Source: Octopus bimaculoides
Lineage: Eukaryota
Direction of reading: 5' to 3'
DNA length: 64,000 nucleotides
Assembly (NCBI RefSeq): GCF_001194135.2
Contig: NC_068998.1
Coordinates: forward strand, 53,941,945-54,005,944
The position numbers and the translations under genes are program-made. The notes below the pieces were generated by a model. That model was not told where the DNA came from, did no database searches, and saw only the letters and a program-made list of their open reading frames with translations. Position 1 is the stretch's first letter; each line of letters opens with the position of its first letter. This document shows positions 1-12,159 of this stretch, in pieces.

Positions 1-649
1 TATATATATATATATGTAAATGTACATTCATACATACATACAATACACACACACTCATTATCATTTCTCTTTTGAGAAAAACACTCTACACAATATTTAT
101 ACTTATTAAGAATTATGTTGCGGAACAAATCACATGAGAAAGAATATTAATACTCTACTTATCATTCTTTGTCCTAACTCTATACAAGCAAACAGAATGA
201 CTAAATTAGAAGGAGGCAAACTATTTGGTGAAAGACGTTGAAGAATTTGTTGTGCGGCTCTGGTTATTGCCGAGTTAGTGCTTCGTATTTCTTTATCGGT
301 GCGTTCAAGGCCAACATGAATCATACTGGTTTTATCCGACAAAGTTTAATTATAGAGAAACTAATAAGATCCTTGAAAGACTCCCAGAATGAACTCTTAA
401 GTACTTTCTCTCCTATCAACCTCTATCCCTCTTCGTCTCCCTTCTATTGTTAAAAGTAAATGAAATAGAACATATTGATTGTACTCTGCATACTGTTAAT
501 TGTAATTGTAATTTTAAATAATTCGGGGGCTTTCATTGTCCTTCCTCTCTCACTTCCTTCGTTTCTTTTTTTTCGGCTGTTGAAAACAAGAAAAGAAAAT
601 CCATCGAATATATAGTTCCTAAACGTTTTATATGAACATAGACCATGTA

Positions 650-810
650 CAGTTCTATATTTAAGAGATGAGGAATTATGTACATTATTTTCATTATTTA
701 CATTTGACGGATATTTGTCTTCATCTTGTTTGTTGTTAACACAACGTTTCGGCGGATGAGGACAAATATCTGTCAAATATAAATTATGAAAATAATGTAA
801 ATAATATAGG
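650..810. mobile_element. 161-bp palindromic insertion flanked by a 13-bp target-site duplication; probably derived from the end of a Penelope-like element
   Basis: CATAGACCATGTA occurs at 637-649 and 811-823. Inverted arms 681-725 and 755-799 match at 41/45 nt. The spacer read on the minus strand is GCC-GAAAC-GT-T, the 3' half of a minimal hammerhead. Confidence 0.7.
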
Positions 811-1333
811 CATAGACCATGTAGTTTCACGATCCCAAGTTGCAGTGCATTGATAAGCTCCAAAACATAGCGAAATAAAGTGATTTGCATCTACTTACAA
901 TTACAAAAACATTCAACACAGGAAAAATATTCTTTCATATGTCCTCTCACTCGAATAAAAAAGCGCCCCCCCCCCAAAAAAAAGAAAAATCTCTCAGCAG
1001 TTTTCTCCCCTTGAAGGAATTTCTCCCTCTCTTCTATTCTAGTCGTCGTGGTTACGATGGTGGTCGTCGTGGTGTTTGTACCGTCATCATCTTATCACCA
1101 TCGTCATCATGGCGTTGATATCCATCAAGGCATTTCGTCACATCTCTTTGCCTTCTGAATTCAAACTCCCACTGAGATCCGTTGGAACAGTCTGGAGTCA
1201 AATTCGCTTCGTTTGTTCCATGTTAAATGTTGATTACAATGTTATCGAATGTATTGTACTTGACATATATACGTATTTGTGCGTATGTGTTTGTGTTTGT
1301 GTGTAAGCATGTCAACACACACACACACACTTA

Positions 1334-1423
<90 letters not shown>

Positions 1424-1569
1424 TATCACAATTACCCATTGCTTTATTAAGTTGTTTTTGATAGGCAATCGCTACTATGGAGGGAACAACGAACTTTTAC
1501 CGAAGGCGGTTCAACTATTAAATTGGGCAGTTCATTTGACTATGCAGAAACCAGCTGTTTTGTACGTTC

Positions 1570-1815
1570 GTTTACGGCGATGATGATGATGATGATGATG
1601 ATGACGATGACGCTGGTGGTGGTGATGATGATGATAATAATAATGACGATGATGACGGAGATGATGTTGAAGAAGGGGGGAGGAGATTTTAATTACGTTG
1701 ATGCCAGTGGAAACAATAACGATAGCGGATGGTGAATAAAATGACTATGACAATGATTACAATGATGATGGTGGTGGCGGCGGTTGTGGTGGTAGTGGTG
1801 GTGCTAGTGATGATA

Positions 1816-1864
<49 letters not shown>

Positions 1865-2060
1865 CGACGACAACAACGATAGTGACGAACGATAGAGACC
1901 GACGACAACAACGAGAATGATGATGAGAAAGACAGATGTAGAACGAGGGTCATGTGGAGGAAGACGATTATCACCATAACCATCACCATCACCATCATCT
2001 TCATCATCATCCTCATCATCCTCCTCCTCCTCCTCCTCATCATCATCATCATTATAGTAT
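1570..2060. repeat. Compound trinucleotide simple-repeat tract (GAT/GGT/GAC/CAT/CCT)n
   Basis: Directly visible runs of gatgatgat, gtggtg, catcat and cctcct. Confidence 0.95.
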
Positions 2061-2194
2061 TTGCCATTCATCGGAATCATTAACTGCACTCTTTAATCAT
2101 TAATGAAGAAAGGTTATATTGATGTCAAGTTATTATTTTATTGTCAAGTCCATGATGGCTTTGCATACGAGCGCCATCGCGAACGTGTGTTTGA

Positions 2195-2199
<5 letters not shown>

Positions 2200-2240
<41 letters not shown>

Positions 2241-2246
2241 GTGTGA

Positions 2247-2324
<78 letters not shown>
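2200..2324. repeat. (AG)n followed by (GT)n microsatellites
   Basis: Visible dinucleotide runs. Confidence 0.97.
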
Positions 2325-2328
<4 letters not shown>

Positions 2329-2762
2329 ATGGTTGTCTGTGTGTGCTGACGCTATTGCTGTCATCGTTGATTATCCACATCAGCTTTGCAGAATCCAGTT
2401 TTCCTTTATACCACTCAGTGCCCCACTCGACAACACCCCGAACTCACGAAGAGGCCTCCACCCCGCGTTTGTTTAACTTGCAAGAAACACATAAACTTAG
2501 ATATGCTCCCACCAAAGATTGGTCCAGGCCATGTCTAACTTAATACAACCAAATTTCTTCACAATATACCCTATTGTCTTCAAAAACAAAATGACACACT
2601 GAAAACTGTTTTCTTGTAACTTGTATTATAATAAATAGAATTTTCGATTAAGTTGCTAGAGTACAAATTTATTCTGCTTTGACAAGAATAGAACTGAGCG
2701 TGACTGCCGGAGCTTAGTGAACAAGGAACAGAAGTCATGTTTTTTTTCATAACGTTTTGTCT

Positions 2763-2831
2763 TCATAACTGATGAGATGCCGGAGCAGGCTTCAGCTCCG
2801 GTATCCGAAACTCTGAGTTTTATTATGACAA
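2763..2831 (+). ncRNA. Type I minimal hammerhead ribozyme-like motif, near-intact
   Basis: CTGATGA at 2769-2775. An 11-bp stem II pairs 2776-2786 with 2795-2805 around an 8-nt loop. GAAA at 2807-2810. Stem III is ACT-CTG-AGT within the near-palindrome AAACTC-T-GAGTTT. Stem I is ATAA/TTAT in register, or TCATAA/TTATGA offset by 3 nt. Confidence 0.6.
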
Positions 2832-3574
2832 CCAACTAATTGCCACATATTATACGTGTGCATGTGTGTGTGTGGGGGGGGGATGTAATTGAACTCAACA
2901 GTTCTACTGCTTATTGCACAGAACCTCTCGAGAAACAGGAACCGAAACGATTATCAAACGGCTTCCAACTAATTAGTGCTGATAATGAGAAGCGATATAA
3001 TCAAGACACTTAGTGTTCTTGGGTTGAAATTCTTGGCAGATATTTCGTTTTTATCTTCGAATTGGACAGTTTCGCTTTCCAAACTTTCGCTTCCATCATC
3101 GAGTAATATTGCCTTCGCAGAAATATAGTAAACTCTATTGGGAGAGATTTGTCTCGAAATTTTGTGTGAGACACCAATTCAACAGATATCTGTGTGTTTC
3201 GTCAGCGAATCGTACGTTTATTTTGGTATATGTGATTATGCAACAGACGAAACACTCATAGAGAAAAAAAAGATAAAAATGATAAACAGATAAAAGTAAG
3301 TTCCATTTTTATTTATTTTTGAACATTTAGTTTTTTATTTTATTTACTTATTTGCCTTTTGTATTTATTTCAGTTTTACGCTAAACACGTTTCGAGAAGT
3401 TCGGAAATTTTTCTTTTTCCTTTCAACAACTTGGCTTTGATCATCGATTGAGACATATTTCATTGGTCTAAACACTCTATATGTACACATTTACATACAT
3501 GTGTGTGAGTGTGTATACATGCACACATTCATATGTATATTCACACACACACATATATGCATATACATATGCGA

Positions 3575-3623
<49 letters not shown>

Positions 3624-4104
3624 NNNNNNNNNNNNNNNNNNNNNNNNNNNNNNNNNNNNNNNNNNNNNNNNNNNNNNNNNNNNNNNNNNNNNNNNNNNNN
3701 NNNNNNNNNNNNNNNNNNNNNNNNNNNNNNNNNNNNNNNNNNNNNNNNNNNNNNNNNNNNNNNNNNNNNNNNNNNNNNNNNNNNNNNNNNNNNNNNNNNN
3801 NNNNNNNNNNNNNNNNNNNNNNNNNNNNNNNNNNNNNNNNNNNNNNNNNNNNNNNNNNNNNNNNNNNNNNNNNNNNNNNNNNNNNNCCCCATTTGACAAT
3901 CAGTTCTATCGAGATAATTATAAGCGTATTCTACATTGAAGGATTCAACACAATTAGTCTCGGCTTTGTCATTGATTTTGATCTTTTAACGATTATTTTA
4001 GATTTTTTTGTTTGTTTTATTTTTTTAAATTATAATTATTTTCATCATATTTGATTTTTGCTATTTCATTTCTTTTCTATAAATACAAACACGTGTGTGT
4101 GTGT

Positions 4105-4234
4105 AAAGACAGACAGAGGGAGAGAAATAAATGGATGTGTGTGTGTATGTGTGTGTGTAGAGAGAGAGAGAGAGACAGACCGACAGACAGACAGAGGGAG
4201 AGAAATAAATGGATGTGTGTGTGTATGTATGTGT

Positions 4235-4273
<39 letters not shown>

Positions 4274-4308
4274 GGGAGAGAAATAAATGGATGTGTGTGT
4301 GTGTGTGT
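4105..4308. repeat. 78-bp-period composite minisatellite, about 2.6 units
   Basis: CAGAGGGAGAGAAATAAATGGATGTGT starts at 4114, 4192 and 4270, separated by (GT)n(AG)n(ACAG)n. Confidence 0.9.
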
Positions 4309-4527
4309 TTGTAGTTTTATTTTTACAGTAAATTTCAATTTTAATTATCATTATAAAGGAAGAAAAATGGGGCTTTTCGCCCCCCTCTGATAATTAACAT
4401 TTGCTTAAGAAACTAGAAATCTAAAATTAATACAGCATAAAATGTAGAAAAAAAACTTCATCATTTACTGAACACAGTAACCAAGTAACTGGGGAAGGGT
4501 TTTTTAAAATATTTTATACTTAGACGG

Positions 4528-4680
4528 TAAGCTGGAAGAATGGTTAGCACGCCCGGTGACATGCTCAGCGCCATTCCACCTAGGTAAACTTTGCCTTTCA
4601 CCCTTTCGGCCTTTGATAAACTAATCACAAGTCGAGCAGCTCCGAAATTGCTGGCCTTGTGCCTAAAATTGATACCAATA
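4528..4680 (+). mobile_element. SINE family A, diverged and internally deleted copy
   Basis: gctggaagaatggttagcacgcccgg and aactttgcctttcaccctttcgg match the copies at 23653 and 27990. Confidence 0.7.
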
Positions 4681-4967
4681 TTTTACATCGATGCATGGCA
4701 GTGATCTGACAAAATGGTTAGCTTAACGGCATTTCCTACCATAGTCGGTACCCATAAGGACGGCTAGTCAACGTGTCCTTCAGTGGAATTCAATCTGGAA
4801 CCAACCACTTGGCAAGGAAACCGCTTCACCAGAATCGATATCCAGGAAAAATAAATGAAGAAAGTATCAAGGATTTTTAAAGAGTCAGAGTTCAAAACTC
4901 TTTAGAGTTTTAACAGAAGGCTTGGAATTTTGAAGGGAGTGGAGTTTAGTCAATACTTTCATCCCAC

Positions 4968-5055
4968 TCGTCTGCCGTTACGATCTGAGTTCAAATTCCG
5001 CCGAGGTCGACTTTGCCTTTCATCCTTTCGGGGTCGATTAAATAAGTACCAGTAA
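4968..5055 (+). mobile_element. SINE family A, body fragment
   Basis: ctgagttcaaattccgccgaggtcgactttgcctttcatcctttcggggtcgattaaataagtaccag is nearly identical to 23715-23783. Confidence 0.9.
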
Positions 5056-5060
5056 ATATT

Positions 5061-5176
5061 TAATCGACCTCGAAAGGATAAAAAGCTAACTCGAGCTGCT
5101 TAGAACGTTAAAACTGCTACAATGCAGTTAAGCATTTTTGTCCGACGTGCTAACGATTCCGCTAAGCTCGCCACCG
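5061..5176 (-). mobile_element. SINE family A, 5' part, inverted relative to the adjacent copy
   Basis: Reverse complement of the family A head (aagcattt...cgtgctaacgattcc...ctcgccacc) and body (atcgacctcgaaaggat). Confidence 0.8.
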
Positions 5177-5609
5177 TTTGGTGGAAAAAATAATAAAGTT
5201 GATTAATGCAGTCAATTACTTGCATTTTAATTTCTATATTCTATACAGATTACGTAAAAGATCCCTTGAGGATTCTTCGAACCAAGAATAAAAGAAAATG
5301 GACATAATTAGAATAATTCATTTAGACCCGCGTCGCTCAATCTCGGCCATCTCATAAATTAATATACTAAATTTATTTCATCAGCCGTTACATCGGTTTA
5401 TTTTTAATATTTTATACTTCTTTTAAAACAGAATTTTATAATTCTTTCTATATTATATAATTATGTACTCTGTTATTTCAACACTGAGGCGGCAAAAATG
5501 CCCACAACAGTGATCCTGATAACATGTTTGTGATTTACGACCCGTCATTTTGTGCGCTGGATTCTTAGGCTTTTATAACCAAATTTTCGCGTCACTCTTT
5601 CGAGTCCAT

Positions 5610-5820
5610 GATTGGCAGAATCGAGGATGCGACTGACATACTTTACGGTATTAGTTCAGGTTCTTTACATTCGAGGTTCAAGTCTCAACGAAATCAAATT
5701 CCATCCTTCCATCCTTCACGATCCGATACAATAAAGTATCAATCTAGTATTGAGATCGATTTAATCAACTCAATCCCTTCCTTTTGAATATTCAGCTTTG
5801 TGTCTATGTTTGAAATAATT
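5610..5820 (+). mobile_element. SINE family A, old diverged copy
   Basis: ttggcagaatc...gaggttcaagtc...catccttc...gatacaataaagtatc...gatcgatttaatcaact is colinear with family A. Confidence 0.6.
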
Positions 5821-7007
5821 AATAGCGCTGTGCACGTAATGAATTGCAGCCTGTGCCGTTTTTAATGTTCTGTATATTATTTCGAAGTAACCTCACCAAT
5901 GTGCTGAACTAAGATGACGACTAAGGCAAGTCTCTGAATTAGTATCAAGTAGAAAGTTCTGAGCCATATCGAGAAAGTAATTCTGGTTCGAGTTGTGAAA
6001 TAACGGTCCTTTTTCCTGTTTCTTTATTACTATTATTTTGTGGAAATAAAGCAATTTCTCTTAAGTTACACATGTGGAAGATAGACTTATCACCTACACA
6101 TGTGGATCAACTATAAGCCAAGTGACCTACGGTCATATTTGTTCCAGTCATATCAAAAACTTCATTTTCTAAAATGCCCATCGATTCGTAGGAAACTTGG
6201 CTTGCATTTCTAGCACGCTGAAGCAACGATTACGCAAATAATCCTTCGTTGTTACATTTCATAAAGTACGACGGTCGTTAGTCTTCTAATAATCTCGTAA
6301 TGGATTATTTTAGTTCTCGTCTATCATTGTTCGTGGAAATAGCTCGAGTCTCGTCTCATGAATTTTATAATAGTAGCTTATGAACATGCATTATTCACAG
6401 AGAGAGAGATGACCATCTTCGACCACTATCTCACAGAATATTTATGGAACCGGTAGGCTCAAAACAGGATGGAAACCATTATCTTTAAATAAAAGGAAGT
6501 AAATAAGAAGCGAACAAAAGAATATCAGGAACAATTGTTAAATCGTTTGCGATAAACATCATAGATACTAATTTTGATGGAACGCATCTTGGAACTGATA
6601 ATTCTTCAAAAGAATTTCTCTCCCCACATAAATCTATATTCAAATATTACAACAAATTTTATTGATTCACTTCTCTAATGTATTTTCACTTAAAGCTTGG
6701 TAATATTCTTTGCTATAACCGATGAGATACAATACAGTAGAATAATGAGAAACAAGCTGATATTTCTCAACTTTAAAATGTTCTTGGCAGCGAGAGAAAC
6801 CAAATGCTAACATGTATCAACTAATTTCATCGAGTTCAGTATTGGGTTTTGTTTTGCTTTTACATATGCAAAGATAACAAATTCCTAGAGTGAGATAGTG
6901 AACGAGAAAAGAGAGGCGTAATGATTATTAAACAAGATAATGATAAGCAGCAATGTGATAGGAAACCGTTGGCATTTTGCTATACAGATTCTTCTTAACT
7001 TTATCGC

Positions 7008-7765
7008 AATAATAATAATAATAATAATCAATGCCCTGATGCAGTACCAGGTACTGGCTCTCATACCTTCTGATCTTAAGTGATTGGAAGTATTATGTAC
7101 ATTGTTTTGCTTTGGTATAACAGATGGGCTACAGCATCTGCTCAATACCACAAATTTGCTTGTCAGTTGTTTGACCTTAACCAGTTGAGCATGTCCCTTG
7201 GTGGCTGACGATATGTGCATCTCTGGGCAAAACTACTATTTTCTCTGAGGATGGTACGTTGGTCACAGTCGCATTTGCAACGCTTTGTTTCATGCAGAAA
7301 GAGATTATGACAAATTCTTGATTTCTTTAAAAGGTGCGAAGTGGGCAATTTGTGATACAATCTAGGTGACTCATGTTGTCCATAGTTCCCTGCTTTCTCC
7401 CATGTATCCAACCAACCACGGTTCAAGCCTCTACAAGGATTTCTTATCAGTTTGAGCTGGCATAGGATATTCCAGTGTACGAAATATTTCTCACGTTTTA
7501 GTCATTTGAAGATTATTGTCTTTATATTGGAAAACATCATTATTGATCCGCAAGACATTCCTTTGTTAAGAAATCACAGTGACATCTTCGGAAATACATG
7601 GATGTCTCGAAATGTCTATCTTACATAAATTCTAATGGCATCTATGAGAAAGAACAGTCGAGAATCAGACGTTTCGCTCGAGGCTATTATATTTCCATCT
7701 TCTTAAGAGTTGTCTCGTAAGTCTGCATTGATCTTCCTCATATCTTTAATAATGTTCTGTATCTT
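7008..7765 (-). mobile_element. 5'-truncated CR1-type LINE 3' end with (ATT)n tail, decayed
   Basis: With frameshifts, the minus strand gives TYETTLKKMEI(Y)SLERKRLILDC and KYF..HWNIL..LDTW, resembling the CR1 ORF2 C-terminal motifs SYEERL..L.L.SLE.RR and FFS.RV..WN.LP..FK..LD. A 3' UTR and a (TAA)n tail at 7008-7028 follow. Confidence 0.6.
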
Positions 7766-7769
7766 TTAT

Positions 7770-8155
7770 TCTTTACTTGTTTCAGCCATTGGACTGCGGC
7801 TATACTGGAGCAACGCTTTGAACGGTTTAATCGAACAAAACGAATTCAAAACTTATTTTTAAGTCAAGTGAGCATAGCTGTGAACTATATTAAATCTGTT
7901 CGCGTTCGATCCCATTGCGCGGCATTTTGGGCAATTGTCTTCTATTCTAGCCCCGGGTGAACCAATCCTTTGCAGGTGAATTCGCGGATGACTTACACAG
8001 ACATACTTATTCACAGTCAACAATAAATACATTGACTAATACCTGCTTATAGTGGAAGACATTTATTCAGATTACCCTGCAAAAGGATTGAACTCGGATT
8101 TACGTTGTGTGAAACAAAATTATTAACCACTTTCCTATGCTTGTACTCAGGTTTG
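7770..8155 (-). mobile_element. SINE family B copy interrupted by an oppositely oriented family B head (7868-7985)
   Basis: Family B tail (ttacttgtttcagccattggactgcggc...ggagcaac) at 7770-7865 and minus-strand head (gaactcgg...ttaaccac) at 8050-8155. The insert gttcgatcccattgcgcggcattttgggcaattgtcttctattctagcccc matches the plus-strand head at 41432. Confidence 0.6.
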
Positions 8156-8682
8156 AAAGCATATTTGAAAGCCTTTCATTAACAAATATATATCAATTCC
8201 GAATGCTTCTTTTTTCTCTCTCTCTCTCAAAAGAATGTGCCTGCTATCATTTGATCTTAGTCTAATTAAAGAGTTGATAATTTGATAAAATGATTTATCC
8301 TCTACATGTGAATTGAATCCTGCAGCTCATGATGTTGCTCTTCCCACTCACCAAAGATGTTTTCTTCGTTCCGTAATTCGTTTTGACAACATAATGTGCT
8401 CTAACATATGTAGATTTCCTAACTACGTAACATCGAGAATGCGTTGAATTTCCAAGTAATGTTAATTGAATCAATACTAATGTCGGCTTTTAGAAAAAAG
8501 ACCTGCCATATCGAGAATATTTCATGGAATTGGTCTCATGATGTTTTAATGTCATCACTAAGCAGAATCCATATACATAAATTTCCGCATTTGCTTGTCT
8601 TTTTCTTCGTTTAGTTTTGTGCTGCAGCGATGCGTAATATTGTGCTTGATGTTCACGAGAGATGTATCAACTTTTATCTCCT

Positions 8683-8843
8683 ATCTTTTACTTGTTTCAC
8701 TCACTCGACTGCGCCCATGCTGGGGCACAACCTTTAGATGAACAAATCGACTCTAGTACATATTTTAAAATGTGGTACTTGTTCTATCGGTACTCTAGGC
8801 GAATCGCTAATTTTCGGTAAGTAAAGAGGCAAGCGGTGATAAA

Positions 8844-8920
<77 letters not shown>

Positions 8921-8995
8921 ACGGGCTTCTGCACGGTTTCTGTCTACCAAATTCACTTAGAGGGCATCGGTCGGTGTGGTGCAGTAGTAAATGCA
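8683..8995 (-). mobile_element. SINE family B with an expanded internal (CA)n
   Basis: ttttacttgtttca...gactgcgcccatgctggggcac...aaatcgac...(CA)n...gacgggcttct...gtctaccaaattcact is colinear with 37503-37897. Confidence 0.85.
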
Positions 8996-9584
8996 TTTCG
9001 TCCTTTTAAAATAAACATTTAAGGAAAGTAAATAACATCATCAACTACTTCATGTTTCAAATGATTACATTCGAAACGATAAAGAGAATTCCGAAAAATA
9101 ACATTCTTTTGTGATGTACCCAATGGCTTTTGTTGCCTGAATTCAGTGCGTAATATCGTACACGATTTTTAAAGAGAAATTAATAATGCTTGTCTATTAC
9201 AAAATATTTCCAATGAAATTAAACTAAATATTATAACCATCTAATAATCGAGTTCGAGAGTATAAAGAGAATTCTCAAAATAGCTTTAAATATGTGAGAT
9301 ATTCCAAATAGCGTTTCTTGCCTGCCTTAAACTCGTATGTGAGTCTCTACACAAGGACATTTTTCTCCATTGTACACACCCGAACAAGTTACATTTATGT
9401 CGGTGTGTATGAAAGACTATTAGTTGCACGTATATACAGGCCCCTACGTTTTCGGTCATCGATGATTTCCAAAGAGAAAATGGTGCCCACACAGCTTGGA
9501 ATAACTTCTGGCATAAGCATTGTGGTCGGAAAGCAAAGAGTCAGAATAGAAAATAATTTTCATTATCTGATGGAGCTTAAGACA

Positions 9585-9795
9585 GCAAACTGGCAGAATT
9601 GTTAAGCAGGTCGGTCAAAATGTAAATGATATTTCCTCCGCTTCATAATGTTTTGAGTTCAAATTCCACTGTTATCATTTGTGCTTTTCATTATTTCAGG
9701 ATCGATAAAATAAAGTACCGTTCAAGTGCTGAGGCTGATGTAATCACCTTTCCCCTCCCCTCTAAATTGCTGCCTTTGTTCCAAAATTAGAAAGT
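9585..9795 (+). mobile_element. SINE family A, diverged full-length copy
   Basis: ctggcagaattgtta...gagttcaaattccac...atcgataaaataaagtacc...gatgtaatc...cccctcccc. Confidence 0.75.
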
Positions 9796-10587
9796 AAAAA
9801 GTTATGATTCAGCCACACTGTCAGCTCTCTTGTGACGGGTCTACTACTATTATATAAATTAAAGTCTAGTGACTTTCATCTTTCCTAATATCATTCCAAT
9901 AAAAGTTGGATATCGGCTGCGATATCTAACATTTGAATGGTTACTGAAATCTTTGTTACGCTCAATATAGATCTGTTCATTTAATAGGTTTCAATATCCG
10001 GGTAGTAATAGATATTGTCTCGACAGAGAGAATTAATGAATTCCCAATATAAAAAGTTGATTTAGTTTTCCTGTTTCGGTGTAACTTTAGCATTTTGAAT
10101 TTGAAATTATGTGACACTTTTTGCATTTCGTAAGTGTTGCTATATCTTATATCTATTGTATTAAATGTGTAAATGACCAGTCATTAATGAATATATGACG
10201 AGTGTATGTGTGAAATAGATTTGATTAAGGATCCTGTTTATCAAACCTATATTGGTTGGAGAAAGTAAAGACGAAATCTATTCCAGTCTCCAGTGGTTAG
10301 ATGTCATCAAAATATTATTATCAAATCACCTGATCGTAGTTTTCTGTGTTGGTTAATTTCTTTTAAACTTTAAACAGAGATAGAACCTGTTATAATCTAA
10401 TAGTTGCTTCGATATTCTAACTACATCAATTCGTCACACCGTCTACACCTCGTGTATGAAATCTTTGTGAGACGCTTTCGAGGAGAAGAACATTTCCGTG
10501 ATTCATTTTCCTTAGTAATAATGATGAGATTCTGAAGCTTTGAACTCAGTCACTACATTACTTTTATTTCTCTTTCTTTCTTTTTCT

Positions 10588-10710
10588 CCCCGGAAACTAC
10601 GTTAAGGGTACATGTGTCTGTGGAATGCTCAGCCACTTGCACGTTAACTTCCCGTGCAGGCTGTTCCGTTGAATGGATCAACTGAAAACCTCTGCGTCGT
10701 AACCGACGGA
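10588..10710 (+). mobile_element. SINE family C, 3' half
   Basis: gaaactacgttaagggtacatgtgtctgtggaatgctcagccacttgcacgttaa...gctgttccgttga...cgtcgtaaccgacggagtgcc is shared with the minus-strand copies at 58410-58490 and 62625-62700. Confidence 0.85.
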
Positions 10711-10736
10711 GTGCCCTAGTAAATATATATATAATT

Positions 10737-10854
<118 letters not shown>

Positions 10855-12159
10855 ACGAGCGTGTGGTGCATGCTTTTGTATGTAAATATGTGCATATTTA
10901 CAGTAACGAACAGAAAATGATTCACTAATTACTTGGCTGTCAGTTGGCGAATTATTGAACACAGCACGAAATTTTCGATTTTAAAAAACAAACGCAATTC
11001 TATCGGTAGGAATGAGCTTCCCTTAAAAGGAATGGTACGTTCGATTATTGAAAGTTTTTGTAGTTCGGTAGATAACTATGCCAAAAGCACTTGAAAATTT
11101 AGCGTCAGTAATTAACTTCAAAAGGCTTGAGATATGATCTGTGATTGTTATTACAAAGAATTTGTAGACTGTATTGAAATGTTGATCTGTGGATGTGGCG
11201 GGTTTGCTCAACTGAAAACCGTCATCTTTTGTCGCATGAGCATTTCTTTTACTTGTCTTGTTTACAACATTAAAAAAAAAACAGTTTGTTTTTAGTGCTA
11301 TCTGTTGTGTATCAAACGAAAATTGTATTGAGTTTGATATAGGGAGTGGAAATAGTTCGCTCCTTTACGTTTGTTTTTTTAAAGAAAAGCTTTACATTTT
11401 ATTCCTTAAGTTATATCAGAATTTTTTTTTTAAATGCCCTATTTACACTGTTATCTACAGTGTGTAACTAAAAACCTTATCGAGATGTTGATCTAAGAAT
11501 ATACGGAATGATCAATTGAAAACCTTTTGTTGTGTTGTAAGAAAAACATTATATTTCACGGCGAAATATTTTTTCAATGTTATCTTCTCAGCTTCTTTTT
11601 GTGTTGCTGAAATTTCCATCGACATGAACTGAAAATGCAGTTAGTTATCGCAAAATACAATCAAAGTTTGGGTTAGGTATTCGTTTTAAAAAGCGATTTC
11701 GTACGGCGATAGGAAAAATTTTGACATTAACGATTTTATAGGGAGTTGTAAGAATTATACAAGTTATGTATACAAAGTTGTTAGCAACACGTTCGATAAT
11801 TTCAATTGTTGCATGTTGGCAGGAAAACAGGAAAATGTGAAAAGGGAAAGCGTGTGGGATTAGACACATTCAGGTGGCAAAAAGCAGAGGCGTTAACTCG
11901 AGCACGATTAATTGAGGTTGACATAAAATCAACAAAGAATCATGAAATTGTAATAAATAGTTACCACTACAGTAGCACAAGAACACGACAAAAGAAAATC
12001 AGGCTCGGTGTTGGAATAGTGTTGGATTTGCTGATTTGAGTTTGTCTGGCTTAAAACAATAGCAATCGATAACAGATTACTGTTTTAGAAAAGTGACAGT
12101 ATTTTCAAAACACGAAGACGAATCTTAGATATTGTGATATAACAGTTTTGGTAAAGATA

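Noticed and set aside
1523-2089. Poly-Met/Asp/Glu/Ser/His ORFs, also at 17341-18306
   Set aside because: Trinucleotide repeats without stops are open in most frames on both strands; there is no unique coding sequence.
4105-4308. Regularly spaced direct repeats resembling a CRISPR array
   Set aside because: The spacers are microsatellites and similar to each other, there are only three repeats, the context is eukaryotic, and no cas genes are present.
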